Below are positions 8,901 through 17,754 of a DNA stretch of 32,000 nucleotides, piece by piece; the first letter of the stretch is position 1; every line of letters begins with the position of its first letter. The stretch is from an uncultured Acidobacteriota bacterium. GTDB lineage: Bacteria; Acidobacteriota; Terriglobia; Acidiferrales; UBA7541. The DNA lies in assembly GCA_963842135.1 (NCBI GenBank), contig CAWJFI010000002.1:727821-759820 (forward strand), in the 5' to 3' direction. Made by a program: the position numbers and the translations under genes. The notes under the pieces are model-generated. The model made no database searches and was not told the origin of the DNA. It saw nothing but the letters and a program-made list of their open reading frames with translations.

Positions 8901-10259
8901 TTGCGCGTAAGCCTATTCTGGCGGCCGGTTTTGATTTGCCTGGCGCTGGTGGCTGCGATTTTACTTGCCGTGCAATGGGACTCCCCGAAAACCCTGCCGA
9001 AAATCTGGGCCGCCCTGGCCATTTTCCTCGTGGCTGCGGGAATCGCGTTCTTCCTTTCTTCCCGCTCGGTCACACTGCGCATCAGCCGCATGAAAGCATT
9101 CACGGAGCGCACGGCGGCTGGGGATTTTACTCCGCTCGAGCGTGACCACGGCCATGACGAACTCGCGGACCTGGCCGGCCCGCTGGGCCGCACCATCGCC
9201 GGGCTCGGAAAAACCATTCACACTCTCACCGATGAACGCAATCGCTCTTCCGCGATTCTCGGCAGCATGGTCGAGGGCGTCGCCGTGGTGGCGGGAGACG
9301 AACGCATTCTCTACTGCAACTGGGCGTTCGAGCAGATCCTCGAGTTGCCCGAAGGAAGCTCGCAGGGCAGGACGCTTGTGGAAGCGTTGCGGCAGGCCGA
9401 TCTGGTGGCGCTGGTGAGGCAAGCCCTCTCTGGAGTGGAAGAACTAACGGGCGAGGTCGAGGTCGGCACGGTGCACCGGAGAAATTTTAGCGTCACGGCC
9501 GCGCCGGTGCGCGCCGCCGGGGCGAATGGCGCGGTGCTGGTGCTTCATGACATCACGGAGTTGCGACGGCTGGAGCGCGTGCGGCGCGATTTTGTGGCCA
9601 ACGTCTCTCACGAATTCAAGACGCCGCTGACGGCGATACAGGGCTTTGCCGAAACTCTTCTCAGCGGCGCGCTGGACGACAAAGCCAATCGCAATCGCTT
9701 CGTCGAAATCATCCGCGACCACGCGCGGCGCCTCGCCCGGCTTACCGATGACCTTTTGAAACTCTCGCGAATTGAAGCGGGCCAGCTCGGACTTGAAATT
9801 CGCCCGATCCGAGTGGAGACGCTTGTGAACGGCTGCGTTGAGACGGCGCGCCTCAATGCGAAAGCAAGAGGCCTCGAGATTCATGTCGACTTGCAGGAGA
9901 ACGCGCCGGCCGTTCGCGGAGATGGCGCGCAGCTCGGCGAAGTCCTGCAGAATTTGCTCGATAACGCGCTGCAATACACGCCCTCCGGCGGACAAATTGA
10001 AGTAAAGGCGCGTTCCAACGGGCATGACGTCATTTTCACAGTCAGCGACACGGGCATCGGAATTCCCGAATCCGACCTGGAGCGCATTTTCGAGCGATTT
10101 TACCGCGTCGATGCCGCAAGATCACGCGAGGCGGGCGGCACCGGCCTCGGACTCGCGATCGCCCGGCATATCGTGGAGGCCCACGGCGGCCGCATCTGGG
10201 TGGAAAGCGCCGTCGGGCAGGGCTCCCGCTTCCATTTCAGCATTCCCAGCGTTTCCTAG
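8901..10259 (+). CDS. phoR: Phosphate-sensing histidine kinase (TM-HAMP-PAS-HisKA-HATPase)
   Basis: TTG start 8 nt after the phoB stop. The H-box 'DFVANVSHEFKTPLTAIQGFAETLLSGALDD' resembles the B. subtilis PhoR H-box. N, G1 and G2 boxes are present (LLDNALQYTP, DTGIGIP, GGTGLGLAI). Confidence 0.8.
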   Translation: MRVSLFWRPVLICLALVAAILLAVQWDSPKTLPKIWAALAIFLVAAGIAFFLSSRSVTLRISRMKAFTERTAAGDFTPLERDHGHDELADLAGPLGRTIAGLGKTIHTLTDERNRSSAILGSMVEGVAVVAGDERILYCNWAFEQILELPEGSSQGRTLVEALRQADLVALVRQALSGVEELTGEVEVGTVHRRNFSVTAAPVRAAGANGAVLVLHDITELRRLERVRRDFVANVSHEFKTPLTAIQGFAETLLSGALDDKANRNRFVEIIRDHARRLARLTDDLLKLSRIEAGQLGLEIRPIRVETLVNGCVETARLNAKARGLEIHVDLQENAPAVRGDGAQLGEVLQNLLDNALQYTPSGGQIEVKARSNGHDVIFTVSDTGIGIPESDLERIFERFYRVDAARSREAGGTGLGLAIARHIVEAHGGRIWVESAVGQGSRFHFSIPSVS

Positions 10260-10433
10260 CGGAGCGCCTTTCGGGCGGATGGCCCACCCTGCCGCGCTTT
10301 TCTGTCAAAATGCAAACCATCCGACCCCTCGGAAAAGCGCGAGGGAACCGGTACCCGCAAGTCCAGCCTCGCCTTATCCTTAGGGTGGCCCACAAGCATT
10401 TATGGACCGATTCCCTTTTCAGCCGCCAAGGCC

Positions 10434-10476
10434 TATAATGGATGTCTAGACGTCTATCTACTTAGGTGTATAGGTG
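10434..10476 (+). promoter_or_regulatory. Putative TA-operon promoter/operator: TATAAT, a 10-bp palindrome, and a TAGGTG direct repeat
   Basis: TATAAT at 10434-10439. Perfect palindrome TAGACGTCTA at 10447-10456. TAGGTG at 10463-10468 and again at 10471-10476, just before the ATG at 10482. Confidence 0.35.
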
Positions 10477-10481
10477 CCGTA

Positions 10482-10754
10482 ATGGAAGAAGAAGCCGTTC
10501 GCTGGAACATCAAAGTCTCTAAAGAGACCGACTTGACCTTGCGCACTTATCTGGGCGCACAGGGCGCCAAAAAGGGCGACCTCTCGAAATTCATCGAGGA
10601 GGCCGTCCGCTGGCACGTGTTTCATCGCACCGTGCAAGACATCCGGGAGCGCAACGCCGATGCCGACCCTGTCGAGTTGCAGCGCATCATCGACGAAACC
10701 GTGAGCGAGGTCCGCGCCGAACGATATGCCAAGGGGAAGGCTGACAAAGCCTGA
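10482..10754 (+). CDS. Antitoxin (probable ribbon-helix-helix type) of a PIN toxin-antitoxin pair
   Basis: 90 aa. 'RWNIKVSKETDLTLRTYLG' is a beta-strand plus helix N-terminus. Its stop overlaps the toxin start (TGATG, sharing nt 10754). Confidence 0.6.
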   Translation: MEEEAVRWNIKVSKETDLTLRTYLGAQGAKKGDLSKFIEEAVRWHVFHRTVQDIRERNADADPVELQRIIDETVSEVRAERYAKGKADKA

Positions 10755-11164
10755 TGCGCGTGGTGCTCGATACCAACATCCTGGTTTCCGCCTTCCTGAT
10801 TCAAACGGGAAACCCGGCCGCCATCTATCGCGCCTGGCGGGAGGGACACTTCACGCTTTTGACGTGCGCGGAGCATCCCGACGAACTGCGTGCCACGCTG
10901 CGCAAGCCCGCGATCGCCGAGCGCATCAAACCCTACAAGGCCGGGGCCCTGGTGAACGAAATGAAAAAACTTGCCGAGAACGTGGACGCGTTGCCGCGCG
11001 TCCGCCGCTCTCCCGATCCCACCGACGATTTTCTGCTGGCCTTGTCCGAAGCGGGCAGGGCCGATTATCTAGTGACAGGCGACAAGAGCGGGTTGCTTGC
11101 GCTCGAACAGCATAAAGACACGCGGATCGTCTCCGCGCGCGGATTCGCAGCGCTCTTGGAATGA
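10754..11164 (+). CDS. PIN-domain toxin (PIN_3 / TIGR00305-like)
   Basis: 'MRVVLDTNILVSAF' gives the first acidic PIN residue. 'DPTDDFLLALSEAGRADYLVTGDKSGLL' is the characteristic C-terminal block. Confidence 0.8.
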   Translation: MRVVLDTNILVSAFLIQTGNPAAIYRAWREGHFTLLTCAEHPDELRATLRKPAIAERIKPYKAGALVNEMKKLAENVDALPRVRRSPDPTDDFLLALSEAGRADYLVTGDKSGLLALEQHKDTRIVSARGFAALLE

Positions 11165-11392
11165 ACCCCAGCACACCAGTTGTCCAAGAGGACCGAACCG
11201 GTGCTGCTCTTCTGCCGGAAGGGAATCCTTTTCGCGCGGGTCGCAAATTTCTGCGGGCCAATTGCCCGCAAGCCGGCTACAAGGATATAAGAAATTCTGC
11301 AGCCCATAATCGCGGAGTTCGGGCCTCCGGGGCAAAGCTGCTTCCCTCAGTTCTCTCTTCCGTGAAAGCAGTCAGTAAAGGAGCTGTTCGTT

Positions 11393-11986
11393 ATGCCTTT
11401 CCGCCAACAGTTGACCAGGGGCATGGCTATATTTCTCATTGCTGCAGGACTTGTGGCTCCCCTGGCTGCGCAGCAAGAGAGTTGGGAAGAACTGAACGGC
11501 AAGATTATCTCTCTCTACCGCCAAGGCAAATATGGGGAGGCTCTCTCACTTGCTCAAGAGGCTTTGCGGGTGGCAGAAGAAAGGTTCGGCCCTGAGCACC
11601 CGAATGTGGCGATGAGCCTGAACAGCCTGGCGGAGCTTTACCGCGCCCCGGACAAGTATGCCGAAGCCGAGCCGCTTTACAAGCGCTCGCTGGCCATTGT
11701 GGTGAAAACCCTCGGACCGGACCACCCTAGCGTGGCCACCAGCCTGAGCAACCTAGCGGGGCTGTACAACGCCCAAGGCAGATATGCCGAGGCCGAGCCA
11801 CTCTTCAAACGTTCCCTTGCCATCCGGGAGAAAGCCCTGGGACCGGACGACGCCGCCGTGGCCAGGATCCTGGAGAGCTACGCGACACTGTTGCGGAAAA
11901 CCAACCGTGCGGCGGAGGCAGAGGAACTTGAGAGACGTGCTAGAGCCATCCGCACCAGGCAAACCCCAAACAACACTCCCGATTGA
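11393..11986 (+). CDS. Secreted tetratricopeptide protein (TPR_10/TPR_12, kinesin-light-chain-like repeats)
   Basis: AAGGAG RBS and a signal peptide (MAIFLIAAGLVAPLAAQ). Three near-identical 42-aa units of the form 'GPxHPxVAxSLxxLAxLYxAxxxYAEAEPLxKRSLAI'. Confidence 0.8.
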   Translation: MPFRQQLTRGMAIFLIAAGLVAPLAAQQESWEELNGKIISLYRQGKYGEALSLAQEALRVAEERFGPEHPNVAMSLNSLAELYRAPDKYAEAEPLYKRSLAIVVKTLGPDHPSVATSLSNLAGLYNAQGRYAEAEPLFKRSLAIREKALGPDDAAVARILESYATLLRKTNRAAEAEELERRARAIRTRQTPNNTPD

Positions 11987-12166
11987 AACAAGAACAATGC
12001 GGTCTGCGAAAACCATTTGGATTCGAAAGGGTCGAAGGTTCACCAAACGACGGGGCCCTGTCATCAGCTTGACCCGCCTGGATTCGAAACGGCTGTAGGT
12101 GGGCGGCCCAACCTCTCGAACCAAACGCGCCCAGACAATCCTCTCGCAGCATGTCCTGCGGAATGG

Positions 12167-13759
12167 TTAGTTGCAGAACTGGCCGAGTTTCGGTTGGTAG
12201 CCCCTCTGCAGAGCGTCGCGCTGGTTCGTCAGAGTTCCGGGCTGCACCATCTTGTAGTACGGGCTGTCCGAGCAGTAATAATATCCGCTGCCTTTGGAGG
12301 TCCACACCTGCACGCCGACATGATCCTTATCGATTTGGATCTGGATCCGGGTCTGGGTCTCCGGGTCAGGTATGTCGGGTTTGTATCCCAGAAAAGTCTC
12401 TGCAAAACTTTCAAGCAGGGAGGTCGGCGGTTGATCAGGTTCTGGTTGATCAGTCACTTGCTGCACCGGAGGCGCTCGTAGCGGACTAGCGTGAGGAGAA
12501 CCAACTCTGAAGCTCGAGGCTGCCGGACCTGCCGTGGACTGCTGTAGAGAGCCGCTCCCGGCGGACTGGCCAAAGGAACTATCGATGTGAACCACGGCCA
12601 AGATCAAGATCAGCGCGAAAATCAGCAAGCAAGTTGCCGCTATACTGGCCAGCAAAAACTTGCGTTGACGGTTTCCGCGCCTCCATGCAGCGAGGAGCAC
12701 TGGCGGAACCCATCTTTCCGCTGCGGTGGCTGCGGGCACACTACCGGTCGGCCGGGAGACTGGATCCCCAGGAGCTGGCGCAATTTCTTCAGTTTTGCAA
12801 AGTTCACTCTTCCCTGGGGGAACCCCGGAGGCCTGCGGTAGGGTCTCGCGCACCGGTGGCATTGGCTCCTCGGTCAGGGCAATCGGGGACGAGTTCTCGA
12901 CGGGAGATTGGTGTGGTTGCTCGATCGGAGACAGTTCAGAAAGTGGCTGGTCATGCAAAGCCTGCTCGACCTGGGATTGAACTGGCAAAGCGGACGAATC
13001 GGCGTTGCGACCTTGAAGGTCGTCAAACTCATCAGAGGGAACTTTGCAATCTTGGATCGGGGAAACAATCTCAAGGACCGGCGTGGCGTCGGATATTCCC
13101 TTCGCAGAATCCAACGACGCTGGTAAGTGCGATTCGTCCGCGGCCGCATCCGCACTCGATGGAGGATCCACGGAAACCGCTTGGGACATAGCAAAAGCAG
13201 CGGAGAGCGAACGGGGGACGGCCTTCTCCCCCGCCGCGGAGATGCCGGGCATAGCGGGCATCGGTTTCGGTCGTTGAGGGTCATCCAACGCCGTGGGCTT
13301 GCAAACCTGGTCTTGCCGCACGATCCAATCCGCGATGCCTTGCTGTACGCTGGGGGAGAGATTCTTGAAGCAAATGCCAAGTTCCTTTTGTGTTGCACTT
13401 ATCCAAACAAGTTCGCCGACGAGTTCCGCATTCAGCCCGGAACCACGAAGTCGAACATTGAAAATTGTGTTCTTTTTGGCTGCCAGTCTTCTCGCAGCTT
13501 GACACGCCACCCCATCAACCCCAAGGTTGATGACGATGCCGCCGTTGTCGGGGCCGAGGTGGACATAGACAATGGAAGACGCCGTATGCCGCGGGTTGCG
13601 GCGGCGCTCATCCGGGCGAGATACAATCCGAGCAGAAGCGACTGGGTACACAAATATCCCCGGCGCGCCAATCGGGGACGAAGGCACATTTGGACGCGTT
13701 CTACGACCTAATTCTAACCCTGCAGCCCCGCTTTCACAAGGGCTAACGAATGGAGGCAC
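12167..13759 (-). CDS. PilZ-domain protein with a long disordered linker, one TM helix and a Cys-bracketed C-terminal module
   Basis: N-terminal 'RRRNPR' (RxxxR) followed by 'GIVINLGVDGVAC' (D/NxSxxG-like) and 'GELVWISATQKELGICF'. Low-complexity Pro/Ser/Ala region. TM helix 'FLLASIAATCLLIFALILILAVV'. C-terminal 'VWTSKGSGYYYCSDSPYYKMVQPGTLTNQRDALQRGYQPKLGQFCN'. Confidence 0.6.
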   Translation of the reverse strand: MPPFVSPCESGAAGLELGRRTRPNVPSSPIGAPGIFVYPVASARIVSRPDERRRNPRHTASSIVYVHLGPDNGGIVINLGVDGVACQAARRLAAKKNTIFNVRLRGSGLNAELVGELVWISATQKELGICFKNLSPSVQQGIADWIVRQDQVCKPTALDDPQRPKPMPAMPGISAAGEKAVPRSLSAAFAMSQAVSVDPPSSADAAADESHLPASLDSAKGISDATPVLEIVSPIQDCKVPSDEFDDLQGRNADSSALPVQSQVEQALHDQPLSELSPIEQPHQSPVENSSPIALTEEPMPPVRETLPQASGVPPGKSELCKTEEIAPAPGDPVSRPTGSVPAATAAERWVPPVLLAAWRRGNRQRKFLLASIAATCLLIFALILILAVVHIDSSFGQSAGSGSLQQSTAGPAASSFRVGSPHASPLRAPPVQQVTDQPEPDQPPTSLLESFAETFLGYKPDIPDPETQTRIQIQIDKDHVGVQVWTSKGSGYYYCSDSPYYKMVQPGTLTNQRDALQRGYQPKLGQFCN

Positions 13760-13858
13760 TATCCAGCATTCCTGCTGAAAGTGTTCGCGTTGTCATCGCT
13801 AAACGGCACTTCGGGAGTCCCATTCGTTTCGCCGGATTTTCACCCCCACTTCATCCTT

Positions 13859-13876
13859 CTGTCACAAAATCTGATT
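13859..13876 (+). promoter_or_regulatory. Pho-box-like site upstream of the stand-alone phoU
   Basis: CTGTCAC-AAAA-TCTGATT. The first half equals the E. coli half-site CTGTCA(C/T); the second half is weaker. It lies 40 nt upstream of the ATG at 13916. Confidence 0.3.
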
Positions 13877-13915
13877 ATGCTCGCCATGCCGCGAAACTAG
13901 ATTGAAGGTGGAGCA

Positions 13916-14638
13916 ATGGCGACCCAGGTCTCCAAAATACAAACGATTTATCAGGATGTGCTGGCCAATTACCTGATTTCCATGGCGCGCACGGTGGAAA
14001 GCAGTGTGGGAAGCGCCCTCGACGCGCTCTTGCGCCCCAATCTGCAGGCAGCGGAGGAGCTTTCGAGCAAAGTGTTTCTGGCGGAACCGCGGGTCAACGA
14101 AATGGAAATTTTGATCGACGACCACGCTGTGCGTATGCTGCGAACCGGGTTGCTCGATGATGAGGAAATCCGCCGCGTCGTCGCGTCCCAGAAAATTGCC
14201 AATGACCTTGAGCGCATCGGCGACCTGGCCGTCAACATTTCCGAGTGCGTGATTTCGCTGGCGGGAATGAATGTGACCGAAACGCCCCGCGATCTCGAGC
14301 CGATGGCCGGCGCCGTCCGCGGAATGCTCGGCCGCAGCTTGGGCGCGCTGATCTTTCGCAATGTGGTCCTGGCCGGAGAAGTCCTTGAGTCGGACGATGT
14401 GGTGGACCGCTATCGCGACCAGATTTTCGAGCACCTGCTCACCCGGATGACCGAGGATCCCCGGCAGGCGGCGCCGCAGCTTCAATTCATCCTGGCTACG
14501 AGGTATCTCGAGCGCATCGCGGATCACTCCACAAATATTGCCGAGGACATTATTTTCTGGGTTCGGGGCCTCGATGTGCGCCACGGGCGCGCGCGGATGG
14601 TTGTCGAAGAAGCCAATTATCCGGAAAAGAGCAGTTAA
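13916..14638 (+). CDS. phoU: PhoU-family phosphate signalling protein (paralog 1, monocistronic)
   Basis: Two PhoU repeats carrying the metal-binding motifs 'ANDLERIGDLAVNI' and 'RYLERIADHSTNIAEDI'. GGTGGAG RBS. Confidence 0.85.
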   Translation: MATQVSKIQTIYQDVLANYLISMARTVESSVGSALDALLRPNLQAAEELSSKVFLAEPRVNEMEILIDDHAVRMLRTGLLDDEEIRRVVASQKIANDLERIGDLAVNISECVISLAGMNVTETPRDLEPMAGAVRGMLGRSLGALIFRNVVLAGEVLESDDVVDRYRDQIFEHLLTRMTEDPRQAAPQLQFILATRYLERIADHSTNIAEDIIFWVRGLDVRHGRARMVVEEANYPEKSS

Positions 14639-14798
14639 ATTGCGCTGCACAATTTTGGTGCAGAACAGCGGCCTTCGTGTTGCAACCCCACCCCGGGTCG
14701 GCGCTCCCCTGGCGTCGGCCCTTCTCCCCTTTCTTTATAGCGGTCACATAATAGGGCAGTTATAAGGGTTCGCCGATTTTATGCCGGCCTCACTGCCT

Positions 14799-14816
14799 TG
14801 TAACATGGCTGTAACA
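14799..14816 (+). promoter_or_regulatory. Pho-box-like direct repeat upstream of pstS
   Basis: TGTAACA (14799-14805), tggc, TGTAACA (14810-14816). This is a perfect 7-nt direct repeat with 11-bp periodicity, the same architecture as the E. coli Pho box CTGTCAT-N4-CTGTCAT. It lies 42 nt upstream of the pstS ATG. Confidence 0.45.
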
Positions 14817-14857
14817 ATTTCGAGCCAGAATCTACTCACGAAGTCCCCGGAGAGTAT

Positions 14858-15883
14858 ATGCGAATCGTAAAAGTGTTGTGCGTGATTGCCGTTCTGCTGG
14901 CGGTTGCAACTTACGCCGCCGCCGCAGGGCAAGTATTGTTGAACGCCGCCGGAGCGACGTTCCCTTATCCGATGTATTCCAAGTGGTTCGACGTTTACCA
15001 TCAAGCTCATCCTGAAGTTCAGATTAACTACCAATCAATTGGCTCCGGAGGCGGAATCCGCCAATTGATCGATAAAACCGTCGACTTCGGCGCGTCTGAT
15101 GGCCCGATGAATGACGATCAGCTGAAGCAAGCCAGTGTGCCAATTCTACATTTTCCCACGGTCATGGGCGCTGACGTTCCCAGCTATAAGGTGCCCGGTG
15201 TCACTACGGAGTTGAATTTTACTCCGGAGGCGCTGGCGGGAATTTTTCTTGGTAAAATCACTCGGTGGAACGATCCGGCGATCACATCGGCAAACCCGGG
15301 CGTGAAGCTGCCTTCCGATGACATCGTGGTCGTGCACCGTTCCGATGGAAGCGGCACGACCTACATCTGGACCGATTATCTTTCCAAGGTCAGCCCCGAA
15401 TGGCAGAAGAAGGTAGGGAAAGCGACATCTGTGAACTGGCCGGTGGGGTTGGGAGGAAAGGGCAATGAAGGTGTGGCGGGGCTACTCGAGCAGACACCGG
15501 ATTCCATTGGTTACATCGAGCTGATTTATGCCGTCCAGAACAAGATTGCTTACGGGCGCGTGAAGAATTCCTCAGGCGAGTTTGTGAAGGCGGACTTGGC
15601 GAGCGTTTCCGCAGCAGCAGCGGCAACAGCGAAAGATATGCCCGCCGATTTTCGCGTTTCGATTACCGATCCCCCTGGGAGCAAAGCAGCTTATCCGATT
15701 TCGAGCTTCACCTGGCTGCTGATTCCTTCGAAGTTCAGCGATACCGCCAAGCGCGATGCGGTGAAGGGCTTCCTGAAGTGGATGATAACGGACGGACAGC
15801 AATACTGCGAAGGCCTGTCGTACGCGAAGCTGCCCAAGGAAGTTGTGACCAAGGAAATGAAAGCGATCGCGCAGATTCAGTAA
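14858..15883 (+). CDS. pstS: Phosphate ABC transporter substrate-binding protein
   Basis: Signal peptide, then 'LLNAAGATFPYPMYSKWF...INYQSIGSGGGIRQ...VDFGASDGPM' and 'VVVHRSDGSGTT', which are canonical PstS motifs. Confidence 0.92.
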   Translation: MRIVKVLCVIAVLLAVATYAAAAGQVLLNAAGATFPYPMYSKWFDVYHQAHPEVQINYQSIGSGGGIRQLIDKTVDFGASDGPMNDDQLKQASVPILHFPTVMGADVPSYKVPGVTTELNFTPEALAGIFLGKITRWNDPAITSANPGVKLPSDDIVVVHRSDGSGTTYIWTDYLSKVSPEWQKKVGKATSVNWPVGLGGKGNEGVAGLLEQTPDSIGYIELIYAVQNKIAYGRVKNSSGEFVKADLASVSAAAAATAKDMPADFRVSITDPPGSKAAYPISSFTWLLIPSKFSDTAKRDAVKGFLKWMITDGQQYCEGLSYAKLPKEVVTKEMKAIAQIQ

Positions 15884-15914
15884 CTGTTTGAAGCGGGAAG
15901 ACGAACGCATCGAA

Positions 15915-16904
15915 ATGGCCACCACACCGAACGCGGCAACGCCGGCGGATATCCCCGGGAATGCGCGGGCGTTGTCGCGCCGCTGGACCGGCGGGGATGA
16001 GATCGCGCATCTCATCACGCTGATTGCCGCGGCGACGCTCCTGTTGATTGCGGTGCTTCTGGTGTATCAGTTGTGGGTTCTTTCGGCGGAAGCGCGGACC
16101 AAATTCGGATGGAGTTTCTTCGTTACGAAAACCTGGGATCCTGTCGCCGGCGATTTCGGCGCGCTGCCGTTCATTTACGGCACGCTGGTGACCTCGGCGG
16201 TCGCGTTGATCCTCGCGGTTCCTCTTGGTGTGGGCGCGGCGATTTTTCTGGCCGAGCTTGCGCCCCCGAAACTTTCTTCTTCGCTCACTTTTGTCAGTGA
16301 TCTGCTGGCGGCGGTTCCGAGCGTAATTTACGGTTTGCTGGGCGTGTTCCTGCTGGTGCCGATCATGCGAACCACCATTCAGCCGGTGTTAAAAAAGACA
16401 CTGGGATTTCTGCCTCTATTTAAGGGGCCATCGTACGGGATCGGCTTTCTGACGGCGGGGATCGTCCTCGCCATTATGATCGTGCCGTTTGTGCTCTCGG
16501 TGTCGCGCGAAGTTCTCCTGGCGATCCCGCGAGATCAGCGCGAGGCGGCCCTGGCCCTCGGAGCCACCAAATGGGAATCCACCTGGAAGGTTGTGGTTCC
16601 GGCGGCGAGGATCGGCATTTTCGGTTCCGTGTTCCTCGCGCTCGCCCGCGCGCTGGGCGAAACCATGGCCGTCACGATGGTGATCGGCAACAATCCCAAG
16701 ATTTCCGCGTCCCTGTTTTCGCCCGGGTATTCGATTGCGGCGGTGCTGGCCAATGAATTTTCCGAGGCGACCGGCAATTTGTATTTGAGCGCCTTGATCG
16801 AACTTGGCCTGGTGCTGTTTCTATTGACGTTTGTGTTGAACGGGCTCGCGCGCCTACTGATTCTGATCACGACCGCGCGCGGCAGCGGAGTGTTGCCCAC
16901 ATGA
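15915..16904 (+). CDS. pstC: Phosphate ABC transporter permease PstC
   Basis: ATG at 15915 preferred over the TTG at 15888. EAA-type loop 'REAALALGATKWESTWKVVVPAARIGI'. The stop overlaps the pstA start (ATGA at 16901-16904). Confidence 0.9.
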   Translation: MATTPNAATPADIPGNARALSRRWTGGDEIAHLITLIAAATLLLIAVLLVYQLWVLSAEARTKFGWSFFVTKTWDPVAGDFGALPFIYGTLVTSAVALILAVPLGVGAAIFLAELAPPKLSSSLTFVSDLLAAVPSVIYGLLGVFLLVPIMRTTIQPVLKKTLGFLPLFKGPSYGIGFLTAGIVLAIMIVPFVLSVSREVLLAIPRDQREAALALGATKWESTWKVVVPAARIGIFGSVFLALARALGETMAVTMVIGNNPKISASLFSPGYSIAAVLANEFSEATGNLYLSALIELGLVLFLLTFVLNGLARLLILITTARGSGVLPT

Positions 16905-17752
16905 GCATCCGGTTGATGTGGCGAAAATCGCTAAACGTGGCGATGCTCTCGCTCACGGGCGTGTGTGTGTTGATTACCGTTTCGGTCCTCTTTTTCATTC
17001 TTGGGTATCTCGTGTATAACGGCGGAAAAGATTTGTCGTGGAGTTTCTTCACGCATCTGCCCGCTCCGGTCGGCGAAGAGGGCGGAGGCATGGCCAATGC
17101 GATCGTGGGCAGCCTGAAGCTTCTCCTCCTTGCGGCTCTATTCGGGGTTCCCATCGGTTTGCTCGGAGGAGTCTATCTGGCGGAATTCGGCGGACGGACC
17201 ATTCCCTTTATTGTGCGGTACACCGCGGATCTTTTGAATGGCGTACCATCGATCGTGATTGGTATTTTTGCTTACGCCCTGGTTGTGATGCCCATGCATC
17301 ACTTTTCAACCCTTGCCGGGGGATTTGCGCTGGGTATCATGGTGATTCCCACGGTACTGCGCAACACGGAGAGTTTTCTCACAGACGTGCCGCGTTCGCT
17401 GCGGGAAGGCGCCTTCGCGATGGGCGCGAACAAATGGAAGATGGTCGCGACGGTCGTGCTTCCCGCGGCCTCCCGCGGAATTCTGACGGGTGTGCTGCTG
17501 GCGCTGGCGCGCGTCGCGGGAGAGACAGCGCCGCTGCTCTTCACTGCATTCGGCAACCGCTTTTGGAGCCCCGGCTGGGATCAGCCGACGTCGTCGCTTC
17601 CGGTTGTGATATACACCTATGCGACCGGTCCGTATGAAGACTGGCATCGCCAGGCGTGGGCGGCGGGGCTCGTACTGCTCGGAATGGTGCTGGTGACGAA
17701 CATTCTGGTTCGCGCGTTTTTGACGCGCGGGACCTCATATGAGAGGACTTGA
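16901..17752 (+). CDS. pstA: Phosphate ABC transporter permease PstA
   Basis: '[37 protein letters not shown]' and '[30 protein letters not shown]' are PstA signatures. Confidence 0.9.
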   Translation: MSIRLMWRKSLNVAMLSLTGVCVLITVSVLFFILGYLVYNGGKDLSWSFFTHLPAPVGEEGGGMANAIVGSLKLLLLAALFGVPIGLLGGVYLAEFGGRTIPFIVRYTADLLNGVPSIVIGIFAYALVVMPMHHFSTLAGGFALGIMVIPTVLRNTESFLTDVPRSLREGAFAMGANKWKMVATVVLPAASRGILTGVLLALARVAGETAPLLFTAFGNRFWSPGWDQPTSSLPVVIYTYATGPYEDWHRQAWAAGLVLLGMVLVTNILVRAFLTRGTSYERT

Positions 17753-17754
17753 CG

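Noticed and set aside
8063-9217. 384-aa minus-strand ORF antisense to phoB/phoR. Similar long antisense or alternative-frame ORFs occur at 4542-5645, 6968-7831, 19830-20675, 20104-20832, 22103-23026, 23023-23790, 23144-24076 and 25625-26374.
   Set aside because: They overlap genes with unmistakable family signatures on the other strand or frame. Their translations are Arg/Ala/Gly/Pro-rich low-complexity sequence, typical of shadow ORFs in high-GC DNA.
12057-12074. TGTCATCAG (12059-12067) is identical to 9 nt at the right IS junction (20761-20769). I considered a second target site or a solo IS end.
   Set aside because: A 9-mer match is near chance expectation for a 32-kb window on two strands, and none of the adjacent palindrome or IR sequence is present.
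12010-12095. TGGATTCGAAA direct repeat (12018-12028 and 12079-12089), whose complement resembles the tRNA T-loop TTCGAATCC. I considered a tRNA gene or an att-site remnant.
   Set aside because: The sequences flanking either copy cannot form a T-stem, an acceptor stem or an anticodon arm. It is probably a chance or minor repeat in a convergent intergenic region.
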